A stretch of 32,000 nt of DNA from Thermococcus kodakarensis KOD1 (GTDB lineage Archaea > Methanobacteriota_B > Thermococci > Thermococcales > Thermococcaceae): positions 180,001 through 212,000 of the forward strand of contig NC_006624.1 of the NCBI RefSeq assembly GCF_000009965.1, given 5' to 3'. Shown here in pieces: positions 9,320 to 17,035 of this stretch. Position numbers and translations under genes: made by a program. The first letter of the stretch is position 1. Each line of letters opens with the position of its first letter. Below the pieces are notes generated by a model. That model saw nothing but the letters and a program-made list of their open reading frames with translations, was not told the DNA's origin and ran no database searches.

Positions 9320-9792
9320 TTAAGATTGGAGTAAAGCCAGTCTTATTAGTGGCGTATTCCTTTTTCGTCTTTCTTGTTGAGGCATCCCTCGGAATCCACA
9401 GGAAGGTCGCTGACCTCTACCTGACTACCCAAAGGGTTGGCGGGATCCCCTGCGTTAAGTTTTACTGCGTTACCTCCACCTGGATTCTCGCCCTAGCCAT
9501 TTTGATAGCCCCTCTCCTCCTCGGCTATCTCCTCCTTGAGCGCTACGAAGCCCTGAGAGAGCACGCGAAGAGCCACTTGCTTTTCGGTCTCCTCCTCGTC
9601 CCGGTCGGCCTCTGCAAGACTCTTTATGCTGGAGGCTTTGTAACGATGCTCTACTTCCTCTCCCTCGCAACCGACCTGTCGTATCTCCTTCAGCAAGACT
9701 ACTACGAAAAACGCCTTCACGAGCTCGCTCTGGTTGTCTTCACGTGGTTTTTAACCACATCGGCACTGATGCTCAAGCCCTGGGTGTGCTGA
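9316..9792 (+). CDS. Hypothetical integral membrane protein (about 4 TM segments)
   Basis: 158 aa with four hydrophobic stretches. An ATGA start/stop overlap links it to the upstream nucleotidyltransferase. Confidence 0.65.
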   Translation: MIKIGVKPVLLVAYSFFVFLVEASLGIHRKVADLYLTTQRVGGIPCVKFYCVTSTWILALAILIAPLLLGYLLLERYEALREHAKSHLLFGLLLVPVGLCKTLYAGGFVTMLYFLSLATDLSYLLQQDYYEKRLHELALVVFTWFLTTSALMLKPWVC

Positions 9793-9868
9793 GGGACTTG
9801 CATCCCCAGCTTTGACTCTCAATCGAAAGGTATTAATTTCTGGTACTCAAACTAACTTCGGTGGGACG

Positions 9869-10282
9869 ATGCACTACGAAGAAGTTGAGGTTCTCCTTCA
9901 AAGATCAGAGGACTACATGGAGCTTGCTGATTCTGCTTTTGATGAAGAGAAGTACGACGCCGCGATTTTTCTGACAGAACAAGCGATTCAGTTTTACCTC
10001 AAAGCCCTTCTGATTAAATACGCTGACGTGAGACTCAGAACTCACTCGGTAAGGGAGCTTCTGGCGGCCCTTGGGAAAGCCCTTGAAGCGGAAGAGAAGG
10101 TAGCTGACTTCATAAGGTCGCACCGGAGCCTTCTCAGAGAGCTTGAGGATGCATACATAGGGGCGAGGTATGAGCCGCGGCGCTACTACCGCGAGGACGC
10201 GGAGGAGCTTATGGAGTTCGTGAGGGAAGTTAGGGACTTCGTGGAGGGTCTAGCGGATGAGTTCGAAAGGAAGAGCCATTGA
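9869..10282 (+). CDS. HEPN domain protein (putative toxin of a HEPN-MNT pair)
   Basis: About 137 aa and all-helical. AIFLTEQAIQFYLKALL ... THSVRELL ... AYIGARY matches the HEPN (PF05168-like) pattern. The ATG at 9869 is preceded by GGTGGG; the track's TTG start at 9812 is less likely. Confidence 0.8.
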   Translation: MHYEEVEVLLQRSEDYMELADSAFDEEKYDAAIFLTEQAIQFYLKALLIKYADVRLRTHSVRELLAALGKALEAEEKVADFIRSHRSLLRELEDAYIGARYEPRRYYREDAEELMEFVREVRDFVEGLADEFERKSH

Positions 10283-10625
10283 GGCAATGATCGAGCGCGG
10301 GAGGAAGAGGTACCTAATGATAAAGAACTACAAGCGCTACCTTCCAGCGATAAAGAGGGCTTGCGAGGAAGTCTTTGGTAAGTGCGAGCTCTACGTCTTT
10401 GGCAGCGTCCTGACCGGGAAGTTCACCGCTGGGAGTGACGTTGATCTGATGATAAAGGTTCAAAAAGTCCCAAAAAGCCTCCGCGAGAGGGCTGAACTTG
10501 AGGCGAGGATCGAAGAGCTCGCAGGCCTGCCCGATTATCACCCCTTTGAATTCCACATCGTTGATGAAGAGGGATTCGAGCGGTACGTAAAACTGCTGAA
10601 AGCCGAGCTGAAAAAAGTGGAATGA
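10257..10625 (+). CDS. Minimal nucleotidyltransferase (MNT) domain protein (putative antitoxin partner)
   Basis: YVFGSVLTGKFTAGSDVDLMI is the G-S ... D-x-D pol-beta-type NTase motif. GGAGGG is 8 nt upstream. It overlaps the HEPN gene by 26 nt. Confidence 0.8.
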   Translation: MSSKGRAIEAMIERGRKRYLMIKNYKRYLPAIKRACEEVFGKCELYVFGSVLTGKFTAGSDVDLMIKVQKVPKSLRERAELEARIEELAGLPDYHPFEFHIVDEEGFERYVKLLKAELKKVE

Positions 10626-10633
10626 AGCAAAAC

Positions 10634-11803
10634 TTAAGGTCTTCCTCTCTTCTTTGCGATCCACAGGAGGAACAATCCAGCCACTATGAATCCAGCAAGG
10701 CTTGCACCGTAGGGCAGCGTGGGGTGAATGCTCGCAAGGAAACCGGCTGTGATCGGAGTTATGAGTCCAAGAACTTTCCGGTAGCTCGAAAGGGCCGCAT
10801 GGAACTCTGTTGTCCTCTCCTTTGGAATGAGCTTGAAGAGCCACGAGCGGTAGAACGGGAACCAGAGCGCGTTGCCGAAGTCTCCGATGGCGTAAACGAC
10901 CAGGGCGAGCCAGAAAGGTGGGGCAAGGGCCATCACGAAGGCGTAGAGGGCGTTTAGGAACATTCCCAAAGCTATCGCGTGGAAGCCCTTATTCTTTGGA
11001 ACCCTCTCGCTGGCGTATGTGCCTGCTATTCTAAGAAGACTGCTCGCAACCGCTATCAGCGTTATCTCGAAGACCGTCTTGTGAAGAACGAAGACGACGT
11101 AGTTTATGAGGACGAACTCAGGAGCTAGCCCCCACGCCAGCGTTAATAGCGTTTCAAATGCAAGGAGGCGCTTAAACTCACCCGCTTTGAACGTGAACCC
11201 CTCCGGGGTTATCCTCTCCTCCTTGCCCACAGGGGGCAGGAAGAGCCAGAGGTAAGCGACAGTTACAACCGAGAAGAGGCCGAAGAAGAGGAAGGTCAGG
11301 CGGTAGTGCTCCGGCCTATTGTACACATATCCGAGGAGGTAGCCCATTATCGGAAAGCTCACCAAAGTAGCTATCTCGGGCAATCTTAGATGCCAGGCGA
11401 ATATCTCCTCGTATTTGTCCTCAGGGTAGATTATCTGCTCGTAGGCCTGGTAGAGAGGGTATAACAGAGTGGAAAGCTTGTCGATCACCTTGCCGCCGAA
11501 GAGCATCAGCGGCGCTATCGCTCCCTTGGCGAGGCCGTACATGACGTAGGCTATTCCATCGAGGATGTCTATCACTATGAGGCCCTTTTTGATATCCCAG
11601 CGGTTGAAGAGCCTGCCGAAGAGGTAGGTGAGCGGGATCGAGGCGATGTTCACTATCGTGAAGAACACCCCGACCTCAAGGATGGAGTAGCCCGTCATCA
11701 TAAGGTAGAGCGGGAAGAGAGTCCACGTTATTAGTCCCGGGGCTATGAGGGTGTGGTAGATCATATAGGCCTTGGCTTCCCTGGGAATTTCGCTCCAGCG
11801 CAT
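10634..11803 (-). CDS. MFS-type transporter
   Basis: 389 aa with about 10-12 hydrophobic helices and basic loops between helices, consistent with major facilitator topology. Confidence 0.75.
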   Translation of the reverse strand: MRWSEIPREAKAYMIYHTLIAPGLITWTLFPLYLMMTGYSILEVGVFFTIVNIASIPLTYLFGRLFNRWDIKKGLIVIDILDGIAYVMYGLAKGAIAPLMLFGGKVIDKLSTLLYPLYQAYEQIIYPEDKYEEIFAWHLRLPEIATLVSFPIMGYLLGYVYNRPEHYRLTFLFFGLFSVVTVAYLWLFLPPVGKEERITPEGFTFKAGEFKRLLAFETLLTLAWGLAPEFVLINYVVFVLHKTVFEITLIAVASSLLRIAGTYASERVPKNKGFHAIALGMFLNALYAFVMALAPPFWLALVVYAIGDFGNALWFPFYRSWLFKLIPKERTTEFHAALSSYRKVLGLITPITAGFLASIHPTLPYGASLAGFIVAGLFLLWIAKKRGRP

Positions 11804-11877
11804 AAAGAACCCTCCGAAGGCCTAAAGTGTCGTGCTTTGAGTGAAAAAACTTTAAATAATTTTCGGCGGGAGTAACG

Positions 11878-12513
11878 ATGGTGCCATGGATGGAAGAAAG
11901 GTGGGACTTTGACTCGTGGGCGGAGAGCTATGACGAGGACGTTATGAGCGACGGCTGGATACACAGCGATTATGAGAGAGTCCTTCGGCTTGTCGCGGAG
12001 AGGGCTAAGGGAGTGGTCGTTGATGTGGGCTGTGGCACGGGCAACATCCTCCGCTTCCTCCGCTGTGAGCGCTACATCGGCGTCGAGCCCTCGGAGGGGA
12101 TGCGGAAGGCTTTTCGCGAGAAGTGGGGCTTTGAGCCCATTGACGGCCACTTTCTCGAAATCCCTCTTCCGGAGGGGAGCGCGGATACAGTGGTGAGCAC
12201 CTACGCCTTCCACCACGTTCCTGACGAGGAGAAGGGGGAAGCGATAAGGGAAATGCTCCGCGTGCTGAGACCGGGAGGGATCCTAATCATAGCCGACGTC
12301 ATGTTTGAGTCGGAAGACGAGAAAAGGCGCATAGGCGAGGAGGACGGCATACTGGAAGAGGTTCTGGAAGAGTACTTCGCGACCCTCGACCACTTGGGGG
12401 CGATTTTTGAAAGGCTGGGGGTATATTGGGAGGCCGAGAGGGTGAACAGGTACGTCTGGGTGGTGGCGGTGGAAAAGCACTCCAACCTGCTCACCCCTGA
12501 CCACAACCCCTAA
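11878..12513 (+). CDS. Class I SAM-dependent methyltransferase
   Basis: Motif I VVDVGCGTGN. The post-I and motif II/III region is ADTVVSTYAFHH ... LRPGGILII. Confidence 0.85.
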   Translation: MVPWMEERWDFDSWAESYDEDVMSDGWIHSDYERVLRLVAERAKGVVVDVGCGTGNILRFLRCERYIGVEPSEGMRKAFREKWGFEPIDGHFLEIPLPEGSADTVVSTYAFHHVPDEEKGEAIREMLRVLRPGGILIIADVMFESEDEKRRIGEEDGILEEVLEEYFATLDHLGAIFERLGVYWEAERVNRYVWVVAVEKHSNLLTPDHNP

Positions 12514-12538
12514 ATGGTTGAGCACCCAACTAACGAAC

Positions 12539-12985
12539 ATGCCCGACGAAGACCTAGCCAGGGAAGTCCAGGAGCTCAGGGAGGCCCTTGAAACGCTGAG
12601 GAAGAGCTTCGAGATAGTCTCCCAGATGGCCCAGTCCTACCTCCGGCTCCTCAACCTCTACGCGGAATACGGCGGGCTTAGCATAGACGTTGTTATTCCA
12701 GAGATAAAGCATGACCCGATAGCGAGGGAGATTGTGAAGATTCTCTTCGACCTGAGGAGGGCAAACGTGAGCCAAATAGCGCGGGAGCTCAAGGGGAGGC
12801 GTGGAAAGGCCTCGCGGAACACAGTCAGGGCAAAGCTTGAGGAGCTGGAGGAGCTGGGCGTCGTTAGAGAGGTGTCCTCCGAGGACAACAGAGGCAGGAT
12901 ATATACCCTCTCCCGCGATGTGGTCAGGAAGTGGTTAGAGCTGATCGGAATGCCGATTAGGTTTGAGCACGCTAATGATTATTGA
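12539..12985 (+). CDS. Winged-helix transcriptional regulator with an N-terminal coiled-coil segment
   Basis: The C-terminal ANVSQIARELKGRRGKASRNTVRAKLEELEELGVVREV...GRIYTLS fits an HTH plus wing. The ATG at 12539 is preferred over the TTG at 12518. Confidence 0.7.
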   Translation: MPDEDLAREVQELREALETLRKSFEIVSQMAQSYLRLLNLYAEYGGLSIDVVIPEIKHDPIAREIVKILFDLRRANVSQIARELKGRRGKASRNTVRAKLEELEELGVVREVSSEDNRGRIYTLSRDVVRKWLELIGMPIRFEHANDY

Positions 12986-12995
12986 GGTGATTGGT

Positions 12996-13490
12996 ATGGT
13001 GAACGCGGAGAAGATTGAGAGGTTGATTGACGAGATCGTTGAGGAGATGAGGAACGCCAAGACACCGGAGGAGCTCGAAGCCCTCCAAAGGAAGGTGGAG
13101 ATGCTCGAAGACCTCATAGAGGCCGTCGAGGGCGACAAGGACATCGAGAAAGCAGCAATTCTGATGGACAAGATCGGTCCCATAATGGAGGACATAATAG
13201 AGCCTATAAAGGAGCTCCTCAAGGAGCTATATAACCCTGAGAAGATGGCGGCAATGGGGAAGAGCGTCGCCGATTTCTACAAGAACCTCGTCGAGGCGGG
13301 AATGGACAAGGAGGCTGCTCTTGAGCTGACGAAGGAGTACATGGCCAGCATAAACGTCGTCAAGACCCTGACTGAGACCTTCGCAAACATGATGGCAAGC
13401 AAGGGCGGCAACGTGAGCGTTAACATCCCCCTCGGCCACAAGAAGGTCAGGGAAATAGAGATCGAGGAAGAGGAGGAGAAGGAGGAGTGA
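12996..13490 (+). CDS. Hypothetical acidic coiled-coil protein
   Basis: About 164 aa, strongly Glu/Asp-rich and helical, with an EIEIEEEEEKEE tail. The ATG at 12996 has GAGGTGA 5 nt upstream, and that SD overlaps the stop of the upstream regulator gene. Confidence 0.7.
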   Translation: MVNAEKIERLIDEIVEEMRNAKTPEELEALQRKVEMLEDLIEAVEGDKDIEKAAILMDKIGPIMEDIIEPIKELLKELYNPEKMAAMGKSVADFYKNLVEAGMDKEAALELTKEYMASINVVKTLTETFANMMASKGGNVSVNIPLGHKKVREIEIEEEEEKEE

Positions 13491-13708
13491 GCTTAGTCAG
13501 CTCTCTCCTTAAGCTTCTCTTTTTACATATTCCAAGGTCTCTATTCCAAATTGCGGGGTTAGTTAGGATTGTCCGCAGGGGAAGGAGGGCCTTTAGAAAG
13601 GCTTTGAAGAAGGAAGGCCTACCAGAAGAGGTTGTGGATGCTCTCACGGAGGAATTTTTCGTTGAGGTTGACTGGAAAGGGATGATTTTTAGAAAAGAAA
13701 GAGACTAA
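13487..13708 (+). CDS. Hypothetical small protein (hydrophobic N-terminus, basic centre)
   Basis: 73 aa. A GTGA start/stop overlap joins it to the preceding gene. It contains the RIVRRGRRAFRKALKK basic patch. There is no recognisable family, so the call rests on the ORF and the coupling only. Confidence 0.45.
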   Translation: MSLVSSLLKLLFLHIPRSLFQIAGLVRIVRRGRRAFRKALKKEGLPEEVVDALTEEFFVEVDWKGMIFRKERD

Positions 13709-14396
13709 GTAAGGTCTTTTCTGAACACCAGCACGTTCGGCTCGTCGGTCTCGTCCCATAGGGACAGACCGAGCCGCTTGAGGCCGGGTAAAACTTCCCT
13801 CATGCTCGCAGGGAGCATGAGGTCAAAGGCTTCGTCCCTATCCTTCGCGACCCACGCCATAGCTGGAAGCATTGCCTTTATACAACCAAGCCCGAAGGAG
13901 AGCGGCGTGAACGTGGCCCTTCCTTTCTCAACCAGGAACTTGAAGCCGGCTATCTCGTAAACCTCGGCCTTCCTTCTCACCCACTCAAGGGCCTCCTCGC
14001 CCCACTCGGGGTAAGGGTCTATGAGGGCAACACTCACGAAGCCTTTCTTCTCGTAAAACCGCCTCGTCTCATCGTAGGGCCGGTAGGGAGGTCGCCAGAA
14101 GTCTTGGCGACGAGGACTTCAAAGCCCCACTCTCTTGCCAGGCTCTCGACGAACTTCAGGAGGGTGGAGCCAATATCTTCCTCCGGTGTTCCCTCTTTAC
14201 GGCCATCCAGAGGATTTCGAGGGCCTTCTCGTTGGTGGGCTTTACCGTTATGGAGCCTAGAACGTTTCCGTTTTCAGCAGTCAGGTAAGTCTCCTCCTTC
14301 CTAAGGTCGCGTTCGATGAACCACTCCGGAAGGCCTTTCGCTATCTCGATGCATGCTTGCATCTATGTTTCCGTTTCGAAGGGGTTTGATTCTCAT
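13705..14396 (-). pseudogene. Disrupted GNAT acetyltransferase, paralogue of the gene at 16142-16963
   Basis: The reading frame must be changed at least three times to recover a GNAT sequence. Reconstructed: MRIKP/FETET*MQACIEIAKGLPEWF...WMAVKREHRRK/(G)IGSTLLKFVESLAREWGFEVLVAK/...YDETRRFYEKKGFVSVALID... Lesions: an extra C in the C4 run at 14381-14384, an in-frame TAG at 14363-14365, a shift near 14174-14177, and a shift between about 14075 and 14118. Confidence 0.65.
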
Positions 14397-14542
14397 ACCT
14401 GCATCTCACTTATGGTTCTCAGAAAGAGTTATAACTGCAGGTTAGTATTATTAAAACATGCCATTTAGCCCTTTCCACTCAGCTATGGAAATTACGCTCA
14501 ATACTTCTCTGAATCAGGGTTAGTTTGGGGGAGGTGTTTCTG

Positions 14543-15409
14543 TTGATAGTTCTTGAGAACCTGTTTCACCGCTATGATTCGACCGTTGCTCTTAATCGAG
14601 TTAACCTAGAGGTTTTGGAAAAGGACAACATATTCTGCTTGATGGGTCCCAATGGTGCTGGAAAGACGACTTTGGTCAGGATACTCTCCACACAGCTGAA
14701 GCCGACAAGTGGAAAAGCTTATGTTTTAGGTTTTGACGTCATCAAAGAAGCTAATGAAATTAGAAAAAGGATAGCAATTCTACCCCAAGAGGCAAGACCC
14801 CTAAACGAAGCCACGCCATGGGAAATGGTCTATTGGTACTTGGTTTCAAGGGGAGAAAGCTTTTCCGAGGCAAAGAGGAGGACGGAGAGTGTTTTAAAAG
14901 AACTTAATCTGTGGGAATATAAAGATAAACCATGTCTCAGCCTGTCTGGAGGACTAAAGAGGAGAGTTCTCTTAGCTTTGACAGTTGCAACAAGTGCTGA
15001 GCTCATCTTCCTCGATGAACCCACTTTAGGATTGGATCCACTCTCAAAGCGTGAAACTTGGAGGCTGATTTCAGAGCTTAGGGAAGAAACATTCTTCTTT
15101 GTGACAACGAACGTCGGTTTAGAAGCAGAAAGTCTGGCCAAAACAGTTGCAATAATCAACAGAGGACGAATAATAGCCAAGGGGAATCCTGAGGAACTAA
15201 AAGGGGAGACTTACAAGCACAAGCTAATTTTCACAGACGATGTGCAGATTAAAGGGGCCATAAAGTTTGGGGACAAGAAAATTCTATACTTCAACGAATT
15301 TGATGAAATACATGAAATTTTGCGAAAATTAAACTCCTATTCAATTCAGCCAACGGATTTGGAAGATGTTTTTATAGCTTTTTTGGAGGGAGAGCGGAAT
15401 GAAAGCTAG
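14543..15409 (+). CDS. ABC transporter ATP-binding protein (ABC-2/DrrA-like)
   Basis: Walker A GPNGAGKTT, signature LSGGLKRR, Walker B LIFLDEPTLGLD. The TTG at 14543 lies 6 nt after GGAGGTG. The exact start is uncertain; the track gives 14525. Confidence 0.88.
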   Translation: MIVLENLFHRYDSTVALNRVNLEVLEKDNIFCLMGPNGAGKTTLVRILSTQLKPTSGKAYVLGFDVIKEANEIRKRIAILPQEARPLNEATPWEMVYWYLVSRGESFSEAKRRTESVLKELNLWEYKDKPCLSLSGGLKRRVLLALTVATSAELIFLDEPTLGLDPLSKRETWRLISELREETFFFVTTNVGLEAESLAKTVAIINRGRIIAKGNPEELKGETYKHKLIFTDDVQIKGAIKFGDKKILYFNEFDEIHEILRKLNSYSIQPTDLEDVFIAFLEGERNES

Positions 15410-16115
15410 AGCTATAATTTCAATAGCCTATCTAAACATTACGGGACTTTTAAGAAGCCCCCTCTGGATTGTTCCACAAATTTTAACGCCGATAGCAATG
15501 GTTTTGATCCTGTTCATCTTTGGTGGAAAGGATTTAGCATTATACGCTTTGGTCGGTGCTCTGGTTGCTTTGACAGTATCAACGAGTATAAGCCTGTCCC
15601 GATTAGTGGTCTTACTCAAGTTTATAGGCTTTCAGGATATTTTTGTTGCCTCCCCCGTGAGCCCTGTAGAATACATGCTTGGCTTGGCTCTTTCACGGCT
15701 TTTGGGTGCTTTGCCATCGCTGTTAATCTTCATGGGAGTCTTAGCTTATTTGGGGGTTTTAACATTCTCGAATTTGGCTTTTGTAGTTGGAATTATAATA
15801 TTTTCATGGCTTTTATCCTCTCTGCTGGCTTTCACGATATCGACAAACATCAAAAATGTTGTCCACGTTGATGCGCTATCAAGCTTGCTCTCAATGACTT
15901 TGGTTTTAATTCCTCCCGTTTATTATCCACTGAGCAGATTACCGGCCATATTCCAAAAGCTGGCTTTATTGATTCCAACGACATACATCGCTGAACTTAT
16001 GAGGATTGTCTTTGGACTATCAAACTCCAGTGCTTCACTCTATGCAACCGGGGCAGCAATATACACACTTGCTTTCTTTGCACTGGTAGCAAAAAACATG
16101 AAATGGAGGGAGTGA
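15399..16115 (+). CDS. ABC-2 type transporter permease
   Basis: 238 aa with about 6 TM helices. It overlaps the ATPase gene by 11 nt. Confidence 0.82.
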   Translation: MKARAIISIAYLNITGLLRSPLWIVPQILTPIAMVLILFIFGGKDLALYALVGALVALTVSTSISLSRLVVLLKFIGFQDIFVASPVSPVEYMLGLALSRLLGALPSLLIFMGVLAYLGVLTFSNLAFVVGIIIFSWLLSSLLAFTISTNIKNVVHVDALSSLLSMTLVLIPPVYYPLSRLPAIFQKLALLIPTTYIAELMRIVFGLSNSSASLYATGAAIYTLAFFALVAKNMKWRE

Positions 16116-16141
16116 ATTAGGCCATTATCTTTGTGTAACTT

Positions 16142-16963
16142 TTATTCAAAGCGCCTCCTGAACACCAGTACATTGGGCTCTTTGGGGTTATCCCAGACCT
16201 CAAAGCCAAGCTCTTTTAGGGGTTCAAGCAATTCCTTCCTTTCTTCGGGCACCATAATTTCAATGTATTTTTGATTCGCGTTCAAAGCTTCTTGTGCCAT
16301 GCAGGGGAGTAGTTGTTCTACATATGACTTTGAAAGGCGAAACGGTACAAAAGCACTCTCAGAGTCTTTGGGCATCATGAACTTGGCTCCATTGCATTCT
16401 TTGATAATAGCTTTCTCTTTGAGCCATTCTAAAGCTTCCGGGACTTTATGAACGAACTTCCATCCTACAGGAATATATTTCTCGTATTCAAGCTCTTCTA
16501 AAGAGGCTATTGTGCTGTCGGATGGCTTTGAAGGTTTAATTTCTTCTACAGCTTTCCCCATAATGTAGTAGCGCTTCACAATCTTGAATCCATTCTTCTT
16601 GGCCATTGCTATGCTCTCCCTGTTGAGGAAGTAGGTCGCGAACTCAAGGGCGTCTATCTTGCCTTCCTCTGCCAGCTCCTTTCCTTTTGAGACTATGAAG
16701 TTGTGGAGCATTCTTCCAAAGCCCCTGCCGCGGTAGTCAGGGTGTACCCTTAACCCTTCCATCCAGCCGACTCTCTTGGGCAGGAGGGTGAGCTTCGCCG
16801 TCCCGATTACCTTTCCTTCGAGCTCAAGGACGTAGAAGTTCCCGTCTCTGACCCACTCGTCGAAAACGCGCGCAAGGTAATCCTCCCCGCCCCAAGTAAG
16901 GCGCGCTATCTCCTCGATGAAGGGTTTATCCTCGGGTTTAGCCTCGCGGATGATGGGTTCCAT
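16142..16963 (-). CDS. GNAT family N-acetyltransferase with a C-terminal extension domain
   Basis: Motif A LRVHPDYRGRGFGRML, followed by AKKNGF. The 130-aa C-terminal domain ends in EPNVLVFRRRFE and is homologous to the C-terminus of the pseudogene at 13705-14396. Confidence 0.85.
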   Translation of the reverse strand: MEPIIREAKPEDKPFIEEIARLTWGGEDYLARVFDEWVRDGNFYVLELEGKVIGTAKLTLLPKRVGWMEGLRVHPDYRGRGFGRMLHNFIVSKGKELAEEGKIDALEFATYFLNRESIAMAKKNGFKIVKRYYIMGKAVEEIKPSKPSDSTIASLEELEYEKYIPVGWKFVHKVPEALEWLKEKAIIKECNGAKFMMPKDSESAFVPFRLSKSYVEQLLPCMAQEALNANQKYIEIMVPEERKELLEPLKELGFEVWDNPKEPNVLVFRRRFE

Positions 16964-17035
16964 TGTGGTTCACCTGATAGGACTTATCCCGCTTCAGGTT
17001 TTAGAGCTTTGGGCTTCTCTTCCACTCTTCTCGAA

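Noticed and set aside
13447-13647. A 66-aa minus-strand ORF competes with the small plus-strand gene at 13487-13708.
   Set aside because: It has no SD or promoter context, and its translation is Pro/Ser/Arg/Leu-rich shadow-type sequence. The plus-strand ORF has a coupled GTGA start. Even so, the plus-strand call is kept at low confidence.
14397-14442. A 7-bp inverted repeat, acctgca (14397-14403) and tgcaggt (14436-14442), sits at the left edge of the low-GC island and could be a terminal inverted repeat of a mobile element.
   Set aside because: It is too short to be significant. I found no matching copy at the right edge of the island near 16650, and there is no transposase or integrase.
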